Positions 1 to 9,724 of a DNA stretch of 31,148 nt are shown piece after piece; positions within the stretch are counted from its first letter, which is position 1, and each line of letters starts with the position of its first letter. The notes beneath the pieces were generated by a model. The model did no database searches and had not been told where the DNA came from. It worked only from the letters and a program-made list of their open reading frames with translations. Location: positions 1 to 31,148 of the forward strand of contig JAGVNP010000311.1 of assembly GCA_020053185.1 (NCBI GenBank), read 5' to 3'. The position numbers and the translations under genes were made by a program. Origin of the DNA: Deltaproteobacteria bacterium. Its GTDB lineage: Bacteria > Desulfobacterota > Desulfomonilia > UBA1062.

Positions 1-1230
1 AACCCGCACCCGAAGATCCCTTGAGATTTTTTTAGAGAGGTCGCAGATGGCTTCTACATCTTCTTGCGTCTCTGTAGGGAGTCCCACCATGAAATAGAGT
101 TTTACGCTTTGCCATCCGAGCGCTTTTAATGTCTCGATATTTTTTAAAAGGTCTTCCTCGGTGTTTCCCTTATTGATCACCTGTCTGAGCCTAGTTGTTG
201 CAGCTTCTGGCGCAAGGGTGACACCAGATTTTTTTGAAGAGGCAATGAGATCTATGGAGCTTTTCTTCAACCCCTCGACTCTTAAAGACGGGACGCCAAT
301 GGACACTTCCCGTAGTGGGTTGGAAAGGGATTCGATCAGGGGATCGATGTAGCTTAAGTCTGTTGCAGAAAGACAGATAAGGGATATGTCGTCATAACCT
401 GTGAGATGAAGAGATTGTTTGAATGTTTGTACCACAGAATCAAAAGAGCGCTCTCTGTATGGACGGTAGAGCATACCCGCCTGACAGAACCTGCACCCAC
501 GCGTGCATCCGCGCGAGACCTCGACCCCGATCCGATCATGCACAATTGGCGTATTGGCTACTATGGTTGCTTCAGGAAAAGGATATGCATCAAGGTCTTT
601 TACGATTCTGCGTTTTACTGTTTTTGATATTCCAGGTGCAAATACGCCTTCAAGGCAAGAAGCTGCAATGATTCGCTCTTTTTTATCTTTCGTTTCAAGG
701 CATATCTTTGAGATCTCCTGCACCGCCTCTTCTCCGTCGCCGATCACGATGAGATCAAAGATGTCGAGATACGGCGTTGGGTTTGCAGTGCATGTGCCAC
801 CTGCAATTACAAGGGGATGTTTGTGCGAACGGTCTTGTCGCTGCGCCGGTATCCTGGAAAGTTTTAGCATGCGGATAATAGTGGTGTAGGACAGCTCATA
901 AGGCACGGAAAAACCCACAACATCAAATTCAGCAAGGGGCTTTTTTTCCTCAAGACCAAACAAGGGAATATCTTTTTGTTCCAGAATATCTGCCAGATCA
1001 GTCCATGGCGCAAATACTCGCTGCGCCCATACACCTTCCATTCTATTTAAGATGGCATAGAGTATTTTGAACCCGGCATACGACATCCCGATCTCATAGA
1101 TGTCTGGAAAGGCCAGTGCAAAACGTACCTTTACTTCATCAGGGTTTTTTAAAATGCAATTCACCTCCCCGCCCAGATAGCGAGAGGGCTTGTCTATCGA
1201 ATATAAGAGATCTTCACGTAAATTTGGCAT
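1..1230 (-). CDS. B12-binding-domain radical SAM protein (TIGR03960-like), 3' end runs off the window
   Basis: Manual translation from ATG at 1230: MPNLREDLLYSIDKPSRYLGGEVN...FALAFPDIYEIGMS...; CxxxCxxC motif in EVSRGCTRGCRFCQAG at about 484-507. Not in the ORF track because there is no stop in the window. Confidence 0.9.
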   Translation of the reverse strand, partial: MPNLREDLLYSIDKPSRYLGGEVNCILKNPDEVKVRFALAFPDIYEIGMSYAGFKILYAILNRMEGVWAQRVFAPWTDLADILEQKDIPLFGLEEKKPLAEFDVVGFSVPYELSYTTIIRMLKLSRIPAQRQDRSHKHPLVIAGGTCTANPTPYLDIFDLIVIGDGEEAVQEISKICLETKDKKERIIAASCLEGVFAPGISKTVKRRIVKDLDAYPFPEATIVANTPIVHDRIGVEVSRGCTRGCRFCQAGMLYRPYRERSFDSVVQTFKQSLHLTGYDDISLICLSATDLSYIDPLIESLSNPLREVSIGVPSLRVEGLKKSSIDLIASSKKSGVTLAPEAATTRLRQVINKGNTEEDLLKNIETLKALGWQSVKLYFMVGLPTETQEDVEAICDLSKKISRDLRVRV

Positions 1231-1388
1231 AGAGGGATTACGATACCTTATGTTTTCATAAGGAGTCAAACATTGAAAAATATTAAATGCGCAGAATATC
1301 TGCTATTGAGTTCTGTGCTGGTAATGTCCGAAACCTATTGTAGAATGGGAGAGGGGCAATTTGTGCTTGGTTTTTAAAGAGAGTTCCT

Positions 1389-2171
1389 TCATCCCGCAGA
1401 TGATTTTTCATGGGATGACCAGTTGAGGGAGAGGGCATTGCTTATGTCGTCTTGGGTCACATATTTGAGATCTATCAGTATCTGGCCCAGTCTTTTTTCT
1501 CTTTTTTTCTTTTGTTCTTCCAGTGCAGCCTGAAGCTGCTCGGATGTGATATGTCCGCATTCGATCAGGATCTCACCGAGCATTTTGTGCTTCATTTTCT
1601 GCTGTTTTCGTAAGGATTCCTCCATCTGAGCTTCGCTGATCAGTCCTTGTTCCTGCAGGATAGTGCCTATTTTTTTCTCCCGCTCTTCTCTTTGAAAATT
1701 CAGAGCCATATCCAGCTGGTCAGCAGTAATCTTTCCCTGGTCTACCAGGAGGCTTCCAAAAAATCGTTTGCAATCAACTTGCTTTGTTGCTTTGGCATTG
1801 ATAAAAACCCGCTCGATCGCATCTCCTAAATGTAGCGGGACAATAAAGAAGTTTTTTTCCCTAGGATCGTATCGTAGCGTCGTGCCGTACATGATTTCCC
1901 CATCGTGAAATTCCACAGTCAGATGGAAAGCCACTGGCCCGGCAAGCATAGCCGGGATTATTGTTTGTGTATGCAGTCTGATTTCCGGTAGCTTGTCTTC
2001 CTTGAGGAATAAGATTGCCTTAACCTCATCGATTTTTACTAGGAAGGTTTCTACATTGCCGCTCTCTTCTTCGGCATGAAGGTAAAACGTAGGCATGGTT
2101 GCGCTAAAAGTAAGCGCCCCCCCATGTTTTTCTTCGCCTTTGATAAATCTAACAATCAGTTTTTGAGCCAT
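1389..2171 (-). CDS. Protein with an N-terminal DUF6982-like domain and four tandem MshEN/T2SSE_N-like repeats (candidate c-di-GMP receptor)
   Basis: ORF 1389-2252; likely start MAQKLIVRF at 2171. N-terminal VEFHDGEIMYGTTLRYDPREKNFFIVP. Four 24-aa xLGxILxxxGxIxxxQLxxALxxQ-type units at a 30-aa period (1422-1763). Confidence 0.75.
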   Translation of the reverse strand: MAQKLIVRFIKGEEKHGGALTFSATMPTFYLHAEEESGNVETFLVKIDEVKAILFLKEDKLPEIRLHTQTIIPAMLAGPVAFHLTVEFHDGEIMYGTTLRYDPREKNFFIVPLHLGDAIERVFINAKATKQVDCKRFFGSLLVDQGKITADQLDMALNFQREEREKKIGTILQEQGLISEAQMEESLRKQQKMKHKMLGEILIECGHITSEQLQAALEEQKKKREKRLGQILIDLKYVTQDDISNALSLNWSSHEKSSAG

Positions 2172-2400
2172 ATGTACTCGCCAGGAGGGTTGATACTTAA
2201 AAATAACCCGGAGTGTTGCCTGACTTGAACCTCCTCTGGTTTTGCTGCACATCTAGGCTATAAATTAAAGTTCACCCTCTGTCAATGCCAAAGACCGTTA
2301 GGCAAGATATTCTTTTTTGGCGATCTTTGCTTGTAATAGGGATATTCTCGTGCTAAAGGGGAAAAGTAACTTTTTTATATAATTTTATTGGGAGGTAGTA

Positions 2401-2814
2401 ATGCCCACCCTGGGAGAGTATTTCAAGCAGGAGAGGGAAAAGCGGGGCATCTCGCTGAAGGACATCGAGAAGCAGACCAAGATTTCAGCGCAGACGCTCA
2501 AGTTTCTCGAAGAAGGCAGATTCGATGTCTTGCCGCCCAAGACATTTCTCAAAGGTTTTTTGCGTGTCATTGCAAAAGAATATGGTATGGACGAGAGGGA
2601 GCTAGTCAGGCTCTTGGAGCGCGCACTTGGGCCAAACAATAGAGAAGAAGAGCCGCGTCCTTCTTTAGAAAAAAATGCTCGCATCAAGCGGTTTATTGTG
2701 CTTGGGATCGGCATACTGCTCTTACTTCTCTTGATCGCAGGCGGTCTTGCGCTGTGCAGTACAGAACAGAAAGAAAATTCCAAAACAGCAACAGCCAGTC
2801 AAGATATTAAATAA
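2401..2814 (+). CDS. Short RodZ-like HTH (HTH_25-type) membrane protein
   Basis: TLGEYFKQEREKRGISLKDIEKQTKIS...LEEGRFDVLP...KGFLR HTH, then a single TM segment (FIVLGIGILLLLLLIAGGLAL). GGAGG RBS upstream. Confidence 0.8.
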   Translation: MPTLGEYFKQEREKRGISLKDIEKQTKISAQTLKFLEEGRFDVLPPKTFLKGFLRVIAKEYGMDERELVRLLERALGPNNREEEPRPSLEKNARIKRFIVLGIGILLLLLLIAGGLALCSTEQKENSKTATASQDIK

Positions 2815-2882
2815 AATATCGCTCATTTTAAAAACCTAAAATCCAAGTAGACAACATGGCTATCTGGATATAAAGACATGTG

Positions 2883-3596
2883 ATGCCAAAACACACGTCA
2901 GATGCGATTATCTTGAATACAAAAGACTATCTTGAATCAGACAAGATCGTGTGCGCGTTTACCAGAACGCATGGCGTAATCAATGCCATTGCCAAAGGCG
3001 CAAAGAGAAGCAAGAGGCGATTTTCAGGAACCCTGGAACCGTTCAGTGAGGTTGATCTTTTTTATTCATTCAAAGAAGGTTTTGATCTCATGATGATCGA
3101 GAGCGCGCAACTAATATCTGCAAACCTTGGCATCAGAGAAGATCTAAGCTTGCTTGCCCATGCATCGATCCTTGCTGAAGTCACAATGGTACTATCCGGT
3201 CCGCATGACCCAACTCCCGGCGCATATGAGCATCTGAGGGACGCACTATCCTGCATGGACAAAGACAAGCAATGGTTTTCTCCCTGGAGTATATCCATGC
3301 TTCATCTCTTTAAGGATTTTGGTTACGGCATTGATATTGACGTGCTTTCCAAAAACAGCTCGCCTCTTATTATCCGCGGAAAGAACATGCCGCCTCTCTC
3401 GCAAGAGGCTTTAGCATTTATCCGAAAAGGCCTTGATATCTCTTCTCCTGTGCTGACACGAATAGTCTTAAGCCCGTGGGCAAAAAAAGAAGTCGAGATG
3501 TTCTTGCTCGTACTTGCAGGAAGGCTTGCTGATAACCCACCAAAGTCTGTAGGCTTTTTGGCAAAGCTACTTGACGTTGACCTGGATGGATGGTAG
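2883..3596 (+). CDS. recO: DNA repair protein RecO
   Basis: [49 protein letters not shown]-terminus; classic recO-glyQ-glyS context. Start is GTG 2880 or ATG 2883. Confidence 0.93.
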   Translation: MPKHTSDAIILNTKDYLESDKIVCAFTRTHGVINAIAKGAKRSKRRFSGTLEPFSEVDLFYSFKEGFDLMMIESAQLISANLGIREDLSLLAHASILAEVTMVLSGPHDPTPGAYEHLRDALSCMDKDKQWFSPWSISMLHLFKDFGYGIDIDVLSKNSSPLIIRGKNMPPLSQEALAFIRKGLDISSPVLTRIVLSPWAKKEVEMFLLVLAGRLADNPPKSVGFLAKLLDVDLDGW

Positions 3597-3607
3597 AAAT
3601 TTTTGTC

Positions 3608-4459
3608 ATGAACTTTCAGAACGTTATTCTTACATTACAGGATTTTTGGGCAGACTATGGGTGCTTGATTGCCCAGCCTTATGACCTTGAGGTTGGCGCA
3701 GGCACGTTCAATCCCTCAACCTTTTTGAGGGCACTCGGACCTGATCCGTGGAAAGTGGCTTATGTGGAGCCTTCCAGGCGGCCAACTGATGGTCGCTATG
3801 GCGAGAACCCGAATAGGCTGCAGCACTACTACCAGTTTCAAGTCGTTCTAAAGCCGTCGCCCATCGATGTGCAGGAAATATATTTGAAGAGCCTCTATGC
3901 TCTTGGTATTGATCCGCTTGAGCATGACATCCGTTTTGTGGAGGATGACTGGGAATCGCCTACCTTGGGCGCATGGGGACTCGGCTGGGAAGTATGGCTT
4001 GATGGCATGGAGATCACGCAGTTCACCTATTTCCAGCAGGTAGGCGGCTATGATCTTGATCCTGTGTGTGCTGAGATCACCTATGGTCTGGAGCGCATTG
4101 CCATGTTCCTACAGGCGAAAGACTCAGTCTATGATATCAAGTGGACAGATGACGTGCTCTATAGAGATGTGCATCACAGGGGCGAATTCGAATGGTCAAA
4201 ATACAATTTCGAGCTTGCAGACACTGCCATGCTTTTTAAATTGTTTGATATGTATGAGAAAGAAGGACTTCGTCTTGAGAAAGAAGGGCTTTGCCTTCCG
4301 GTCTATGACATGTGTCTGAAGTGCTCGCATACGTTTAATATGTTGAATGCACGCGGCGCAATAAGCACAACCGAGCGCACCTCATATATTGCACGGGTAA
4401 GGAATCTGGCAAAGATTTCTGCCACGCTATACCTTGAAAACAGAAACAGTAAAAAGTGA
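3608..4459 (+). CDS. glyQ: Glycine--tRNA ligase alpha subunit
   Basis: [15 protein letters not shown]...EVGAGTFNP...[29 protein letters not shown]...[22 protein letters not shown]. Confidence 0.98.
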   Translation: MNFQNVILTLQDFWADYGCLIAQPYDLEVGAGTFNPSTFLRALGPDPWKVAYVEPSRRPTDGRYGENPNRLQHYYQFQVVLKPSPIDVQEIYLKSLYALGIDPLEHDIRFVEDDWESPTLGAWGLGWEVWLDGMEITQFTYFQQVGGYDLDPVCAEITYGLERIAMFLQAKDSVYDIKWTDDVLYRDVHHRGEFEWSKYNFELADTAMLFKLFDMYEKEGLRLEKEGLCLPVYDMCLKCSHTFNMLNARGAISTTERTSYIARVRNLAKISATLYLENRNSKK

Positions 4460-4484
4460 AAAGTAAATAGTGAATCGTGAAGTG
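4455..4484. repeat. 7-mer-period low-complexity array between glyQ and glyS
   Basis: AAAGTGA AAAGTAA ATAGTGA ATCGTGA. Confidence 0.6.
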
Positions 4485-4498
4485 ATACAGAGGTGACA

Positions 4499-6571
4499 AT
4501 GAAAAAATCCTTGCTGCTCGAGATTGGATCAGAAGAGATTCCTGCCGGCTTTATCCCTATAGCGCTTGCTTTCATGCAGGAGCGTATGGAAAAGATATTT
4601 AAAGAATTAAACCTTGATCATGGAACTATCAAAGCATTCGGCACACCAAGAAGGCTTGCCGTCATGGTTGAGAAAATTCCTGAAAATCTGCCTGATGCAA
4701 AAGAGACAAAGATGGGTCCGCCAAAGAAAATTGCATTTGACGAATCAGGCAATCCCACCAAAGTGGCACTCGGGTTTGCAAACTCTGCAGGCGTGGATAT
4801 TGCAGACATCACGATTGCAAATACACCGAAGGGCGAATATTTGTGCGTGTCAAAGGTGACACCAGGAAGGCCTGCAGAGGAAGTGCTGCCAGGCATTCTG
4901 TCACAGATCATAGGAGAGATCCCTTTTCGCAAGACCATGAAGTGGGCAAACCCTGAGGTCAGGTTTGCTAGGCCTGTTCACTGGATTCTCTCGCTATACG
5001 GAGACAAGATTTTGCCTGTGAGCTTTGGTGATGTCACAGCAGGAAATATCTCGGCGGGCAACCGCTTTATGGCGCGAAAACCCATAAAGATCAAAACACC
5101 CAAGGCATACGAAACGGCTCTCGAAAAAGCCTACGTGATCCCTGATGTGGAGCGCCGCAAAAACCTGATATGGGAAAAGGCAACAGAGATTGCTGGCAAG
5201 ATCAACGGAGAAATCAGAGACAAAGATCTGCTGGATGAAGTTGTGAACCTGGTTGAATATCCTCATATGATCATGGGAAATTTTGATGAGCGCTTTTTGG
5301 ACATGCCAAAAGAAGTGTTGGTAACTGTCATGAAGCATCATCAGAGATATTTTCCTGTATACAAGTCAGGCGATGAAACAAAGCTCATGTCGTGTTTTTT
5401 GGGAGCAAGCAATATCATCCCGAAGGATGAAGCCATTGTGCGTACAGGCTATGAGCGGGTTTTAAAAGCGCGGCTCGAAGACGGAAAGTATTTCTTTACA
5501 GAAGACTTGAAAACGCCACTCGAAGAATATGCGAGGCGGCTGGCTGATGTGGTCTTCCACAAAGATCTCGGTACATCACATGAAAAAGTGGAGCGTTTTA
5601 CTAGAATCGCAACCACCATTGCAGAGCAAATCGCGCCGGATAAAAAAGATAAAGTAAAATCAGCAGCCATGCTTTGCAAGGGCGATCTCAACAGCCTTAT
5701 GGTCTATGAGTTCCCTGAGCTGCAGGGCATCATGGGCAGAGAATATGCGCTCAAGCAGGGCATTGATCCTGAAGTTGCAGTCGCCATTTACGAGCATTAT
5801 CTGCCCACATCCAGCAAAGCAGATCTTCCACAGGGCATAGTAGGCGCTCTTGTTGGTATTGCAGACCGGATTGATACCATATGCGGATGCTTTGGTATCG
5901 GAGAGATTCCCACAGGAACATCTGATCCATATGCGCTTAGAAGGCAGGCAATTGCTATACTCAATATTGTTTTGGATAAGGGCTACAGGATATCCCTGCC
6001 GAAACTTATCAGCCTTTCGTTGGAACTTCTCTCAAGTAAAATCAAGGGAGATGCGCAGACCCTGAAGCAGCAGATCCTGGAGTTTTTTAAATCTCGGTTT
6101 GTCATGATTCTTCAGGACAGAGGCATCAGTGGTGATGTGGTAGAAGCAGCGCTTGCCCCGGGATTCGATGACCCGGTTGATGCATTTATGCGCGCCTCAG
6201 CGCTCAATCTGGCTAAAGAAGAGCCGTGGTTTGCATCCATATGCGCTGCGAGCAAGAGGGTGGAAAATATTTTGAAAAAGGTCGCGATTGACACTTCTCT
6301 TTCTCCGGATTTGTTTGCGCAACAAGAAGAGAAAGATCTTTATGCAAAATTCAAAGAGGTGGAAGCACCATTTGTGGATTATGCAGCCAAGGGCGACTAC
6401 GCCTCTGCCTTGAAACTTCTGGCAAGCCTGAAGAGCCCGATTGATACATTCTTTGATAAAGTGCTTGTGATGGCAGAAGATGCGAACGTGAAAAACAATC
6501 GCATTGCTCTCCTCAAAGGGCTTGTGGATATGTTTAGCGGGATTGCCAGGTTTTCCTGTGTAAGAACATAA
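4499..6571 (+). CDS. glyS: Glycine--tRNA ligase beta subunit
   Basis: LLLEIGSEEIPA...GTPRRLAV...RFARPVHW...EFPELQGIMG...PTGTSDPYALRRQA...FFDKVLVMAED..VKNNRIALL; GAGG RBS before ATG 4499. Confidence 0.98.
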   Translation: MKKSLLLEIGSEEIPAGFIPIALAFMQERMEKIFKELNLDHGTIKAFGTPRRLAVMVEKIPENLPDAKETKMGPPKKIAFDESGNPTKVALGFANSAGVDIADITIANTPKGEYLCVSKVTPGRPAEEVLPGILSQIIGEIPFRKTMKWANPEVRFARPVHWILSLYGDKILPVSFGDVTAGNISAGNRFMARKPIKIKTPKAYETALEKAYVIPDVERRKNLIWEKATEIAGKINGEIRDKDLLDEVVNLVEYPHMIMGNFDERFLDMPKEVLVTVMKHHQRYFPVYKSGDETKLMSCFLGASNIIPKDEAIVRTGYERVLKARLEDGKYFFTEDLKTPLEEYARRLADVVFHKDLGTSHEKVERFTRIATTIAEQIAPDKKDKVKSAAMLCKGDLNSLMVYEFPELQGIMGREYALKQGIDPEVAVAIYEHYLPTSSKADLPQGIVGALVGIADRIDTICGCFGIGEIPTGTSDPYALRRQAIAILNIVLDKGYRISLPKLISLSLELLSSKIKGDAQTLKQQILEFFKSRFVMILQDRGISGDVVEAALAPGFDDPVDAFMRASALNLAKEEPWFASICAASKRVENILKKVAIDTSLSPDLFAQQEEKDLYAKFKEVEAPFVDYAAKGDYASALKLLASLKSPIDTFFDKVLVMAEDANVKNNRIALLKGLVDMFSGIARFSCVRT

Positions 6572-6574
6572 GGC

Positions 6575-7657
6575 ATGAAGGCCACCCTGCCTGGAGAGGG
6601 CATACGAAGAAAAAAAGAAGAACTCGTCAAATGGGATATGCGGGATGCATTTTCCATTGACGTGGACAGGATACTCCATTCCCAGGCCTACACCTCATAT
6701 ACTGACAAGACGCAAGTCTTCTATCTTGTAGGGCATCAGGGAATTTCTTACAGAGTAATCCATGTGCAGTTGCTCTCAAGGATTGCGCGTACCATAGGCA
6801 GAAAGCTGGGCCTCAATAATGATCTGATCGAGGCAATTGCCATAGGACACGATGTGGGACATCCGCCGTTCGGTCATGACGGTGAGGTCTATCTTGATAA
6901 ACTGTGCCGGGCTTCTGACATTGGCGGATTCAGACACAATGTCCATGGTATCAGAGCGCTAGAGGTGATCGAAAAGGGCGGGAAAGGCCTTAATCTCACC
7001 ATGCAGGTCTTAGATGGTATACTCTGCCATAACGGAGAGATGAATGAACAAATGCTGTCTCCTGAAAAAACAGAGGGGTTTCAGGAGTTAGAGAAAAAGA
7101 TCAGGCGGGCAGAGAGCGGGGAGAGCCCTGCGCCGATGACCATAGAAGGATGCCTTGTACGGATGGCAGACACCATCAGCTATATAGGCAGGGATATTGA
7201 GGATGCGATCTTTCTGGGCATTATTTCACGGGATGATCTTCCAAGGCATGAGAGAAATATCCTTGGCGATACAAACGGAAAGATCGTATATACCCTGGTA
7301 GAAGATTTGATTGCGCACTCTAAAGAAGGCGAGATCGCTTATTCTTCAAAGGTATTTAATGCACTGCATACGCTTAAATCTTTTAACTATGAAAAGATCT
7401 ATTTGAATCCAAAGGTAAAATCAGAATCAAACAAGATCATGAATATGTATAAGCTGATATTTGATCGTTTGATCGCAGATATTGAATCGCACAACAAAGA
7501 ATCATTTGTCATTAAGGATTTTGTATCCAGGCTTGGTGAGAGGTACAGAAAAGCGCACAACACTGCCGAGATCGCGCGTGATTATATGGCAAGTCTTACC
7601 GATTCCAGATTTCTTTCTTTGTTCGACAGCCTGTTCATCCCCACGATGCGTGGGTGA
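6575..7657 (+). CDS. HD-domain dNTP triphosphohydrolase (dGTPase-like)
   Basis: DVDRILHSQAY...KTQVF...HVQLLSRIARTIG...EAIAIGHDVGHPPFGHDGE...ADTISY..RDIED motifs; starts 3 nt after the glyS stop. Confidence 0.88.
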   Translation: MKATLPGEGIRRKKEELVKWDMRDAFSIDVDRILHSQAYTSYTDKTQVFYLVGHQGISYRVIHVQLLSRIARTIGRKLGLNNDLIEAIAIGHDVGHPPFGHDGEVYLDKLCRASDIGGFRHNVHGIRALEVIEKGGKGLNLTMQVLDGILCHNGEMNEQMLSPEKTEGFQELEKKIRRAESGESPAPMTIEGCLVRMADTISYIGRDIEDAIFLGIISRDDLPRHERNILGDTNGKIVYTLVEDLIAHSKEGEIAYSSKVFNALHTLKSFNYEKIYLNPKVKSESNKIMNMYKLIFDRLIADIESHNKESFVIKDFVSRLGERYRKAHNTAEIARDYMASLTDSRFLSLFDSLFIPTMRG

Positions 7658-8840
7658 TTTTGCATTCTACGGTCTCACCTTTTTTGACGACGGTCTTTCC
7701 CTTTGGCAGCACGATCAGGCAGTTCGCCTGTGACATGGAAGAAAGAATGCCAGAGCCTTGAGCTCCTGTTGGGCTGACCGCAAGCTCGCTTGCTTCTCTT
7801 TTTAATATTCCGCGCACATAGTGACACCGGTCAGGTTTTTTCTGCAAAGGCGTTTTAAGCCTTGCTGTTACAGTGGGCAGAAGCAGATTTTTTGCGCCCT
7901 GCATCTTTAAAATCGCAGGCCGTGCAAACTCATAGAAAGAAACCATGGAAGAAACCGGATTTCCAGGTAGCCCGAGTGCAGGGATGCCATGTATCTCGCC
8001 AAACGCCAGAGGCTTTCCCGGCTTCATCTCCACTTGCCAAAACTCCATGCGATTTGATTCACTTTTCATAACTTCTTTCACAATATCATAATCGCCGACA
8101 GAAACCCCTCCTGAAGAGAGAATGAGATCTGAGCGCTTTGCTGCAGAAAAGATCTCCATGAGATCCTTTTTCGTGTCTTTTGCAATGCCAAGGTAGAGCG
8201 GCGTCCCTCCTGCTGCTTTAACGAGTGAGATCAATGTATAGGAGTTCGATGAAGCGATCTTTCCTGGCAAAATTGGCTCATCGATCTCGGACAGCTCATC
8301 TCCTGTTGATATGATGGCAACCACTGGCCTTTGAAAACAGAAGATGCTGAACCTCTGTAGCGATGCAAGCACGCCGATCTGCGCCGGGCCGATGTGCTCG
8401 CCTCTTTGGAGGATTACATCTCCTTTTTTAATATCCTCGCCTTTTTTGCGTATATTGTCACCCTTTTTAATGACTTTCAGGATGGTGACTTTATTTTTAG
8501 CCTCAAGAGTGTCTTCCCTCATCACCACTGCATCTGCGCCAGGAGGAATGGGAGCGCCTGTCATGATCCGTACTGCCTCCCCAGACCCCACAGGGCCTTT
8601 AGGAATAGCGCCAGCAGGGAGATCATAGATAACTTTGAACTTTGAACTTTGAACTCTTGTATCCTCGCTCCGCACAGCATATCCGTCCATGGCAGAATTG
8701 TTCCATAGCGGGATATCTCTGTCCGAGACAATATCTTCAGCCAGATATCTGCCGAGCGCCTCATCAAGCCCGACCTTTTCCTTTGGCAAGGCTCGTATGC
8801 GGGAAAGTATACGATCTCGTGCTTCTTCAACTGGTATCAT
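7635..8840 (-). CDS. moeA: Molybdopterin molybdenumtransferase MoeA (gephyrin-like)
   Basis: NSAMDGYAVR, IMTGAPIPPGADAVV, STGDEL, SGGVSVGDYD, MKPGKPLAFG, LPGNPVSS, QGSGILSSM..ANCLI motifs. Confidence 0.96.
   Translation of the reverse strand: MIPVEEARDRILSRIRALPKEKVGLDEALGRYLAEDIVSDRDIPLWNNSAMDGYAVRSEDTRVQSSKFKVIYDLPAGAIPKGPVGSGEAVRIMTGAPIPPGADAVVMREDTLEAKNKVTILKVIKKGDNIRKKGEDIKKGDVILQRGEHIGPAQIGVLASLQRFSIFCFQRPVVAIISTGDELSEIDEPILPGKIASSNSYTLISLVKAAGGTPLYLGIAKDTKKDLMEIFSAAKRSDLILSSGGVSVGDYDIVKEVMKSESNRMEFWQVEMKPGKPLAFGEIHGIPALGLPGNPVSSMVSFYEFARPAILKMQGAKNLLLPTVTARLKTPLQKKPDRCHYVRGILKREASELAVSPTGAQGSGILSSMSQANCLIVLPKGKTVVKKGETVECKITHASWG
8631..8655. repeat. (AACTTTG)3 heptamer tandem inside the moeA coding sequence
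   Basis: AACTTTG AACTTTG AACTTTG AACT; encodes RVQSSKFKV on the minus strand. Confidence 0.75.
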
Positions 8841-8871
8841 GAAATACCTTTTAATATAAATCGCTAAGAAT

Positions 8872-9055
8872 GGGCAAGGGACAAGTGATGAAGAACGAGG
8901 ATTGAGGAAAAAGGGTTCGGGGATCAGGGGCTAGGGTTCGAGGTTCGTAAAACGTAATTCGTGATTCGTAAAACGTGAGGGATGAGAAATGAGGATTAAG
9001 GATTACGGGGTAAGGGTTACGGATTAGGAATTACGAGTTACGAATTGCAGAATAG
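8872..9055. repeat. Degenerate heptamer tandem array between moeA and the thioesterase gene
   Basis: Units such as GGGTTCG GGGATCA GGGGCTA GGGTTCG ... GGATTAA GGATTAC GGGGTAA GGGTTAC GGATTAG GAATTAC GAGTTAC GAATTGC. Confidence 0.75.
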
Positions 9056-9075
9056 ACTCGCATCTGATGGTCAGC

Positions 9076-9495
9076 CTAAACAAAAGGCAGAGCCTCGTCC
9101 TTGCGAAATACCATGGCCTGGGATGAGGCGATCAATTTTTCATTTTCATCATAGGCCTTGATCTCATAGTGTGCTGTCCGCTTCGTGCGGCTTACCTCCT
9201 TCGCCTCTGCAACGAGGACACTTTCTTTAGAAGGGGCTGACATGAACGAGATATTCATGCTGAGGGCAACTGCAATGGTTCCATGAGAGTTGGATGCTGC
9301 CTCAAATGCCACATCCATAAGGGAAACAATGGCGCCTCCGTGCATCATACCACACATGTTCTCCATGTTTTTTACAAAAGCCATCTTCGTTTTTGCATAG
9401 CCTGCGCCAAGCTCAATCAATTTTATCCCGAGTGTTTTGGCAAAAGGCTCTTCTGAGATCTTTTTACAAATTGCTTCCCGTACTTTTTGGTCCAT
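9076..9495 (-). CDS. PaaI-family hot-dog thioesterase
   Basis: EPFAKTLGIKL...HGGAIVSLMD.AF.AASNSHG..AVALSMNISF..P; GGAG RBS upstream. Confidence 0.9.
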   Translation of the reverse strand: MDQKVREAICKKISEEPFAKTLGIKLIELGAGYAKTKMAFVKNMENMCGMMHGGAIVSLMDVAFEAASNSHGTIAVALSMNISFMSAPSKESVLVAEAKEVSRTKRTAHYEIKAYDENEKLIASSQAMVFRKDEALPFV

Positions 9496-9724
9496 AACTC
9501 CCTCCTTTTTTTAATATACAAGAGAGCTCTGTCGGATAGAAGGAAAAAGTAAATCGTAATTCATAATCCCTAACCCTGTTTTCACCCACTCATCTATAAC
9601 CCGCTACCTATTCTTCAGTAAAATATTAGGTATTGCCTGATGGGGTTATTTGTGAATATATACAAAATATATAGCAACAAAAGAATAGGTATTTCATAAT
9701 ACATGGTGAATGTTTTACGGGGGA

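Noticed and set aside
161-889. Short ORFs 161-352, 354-545, 406-627, 423-671 and 503-889
   Set aside because: Shadows of the minus-strand radical SAM gene, which is open from 1230 to the window edge with a clear CxxxCxxC motif.
6197-6679. 160-aa minus-strand ORF, plus other antisense ORFs within glyQ, glyS and moeA
   Set aside because: They overlap well-supported genes on the opposite strand or frame and show no recognisable motifs.
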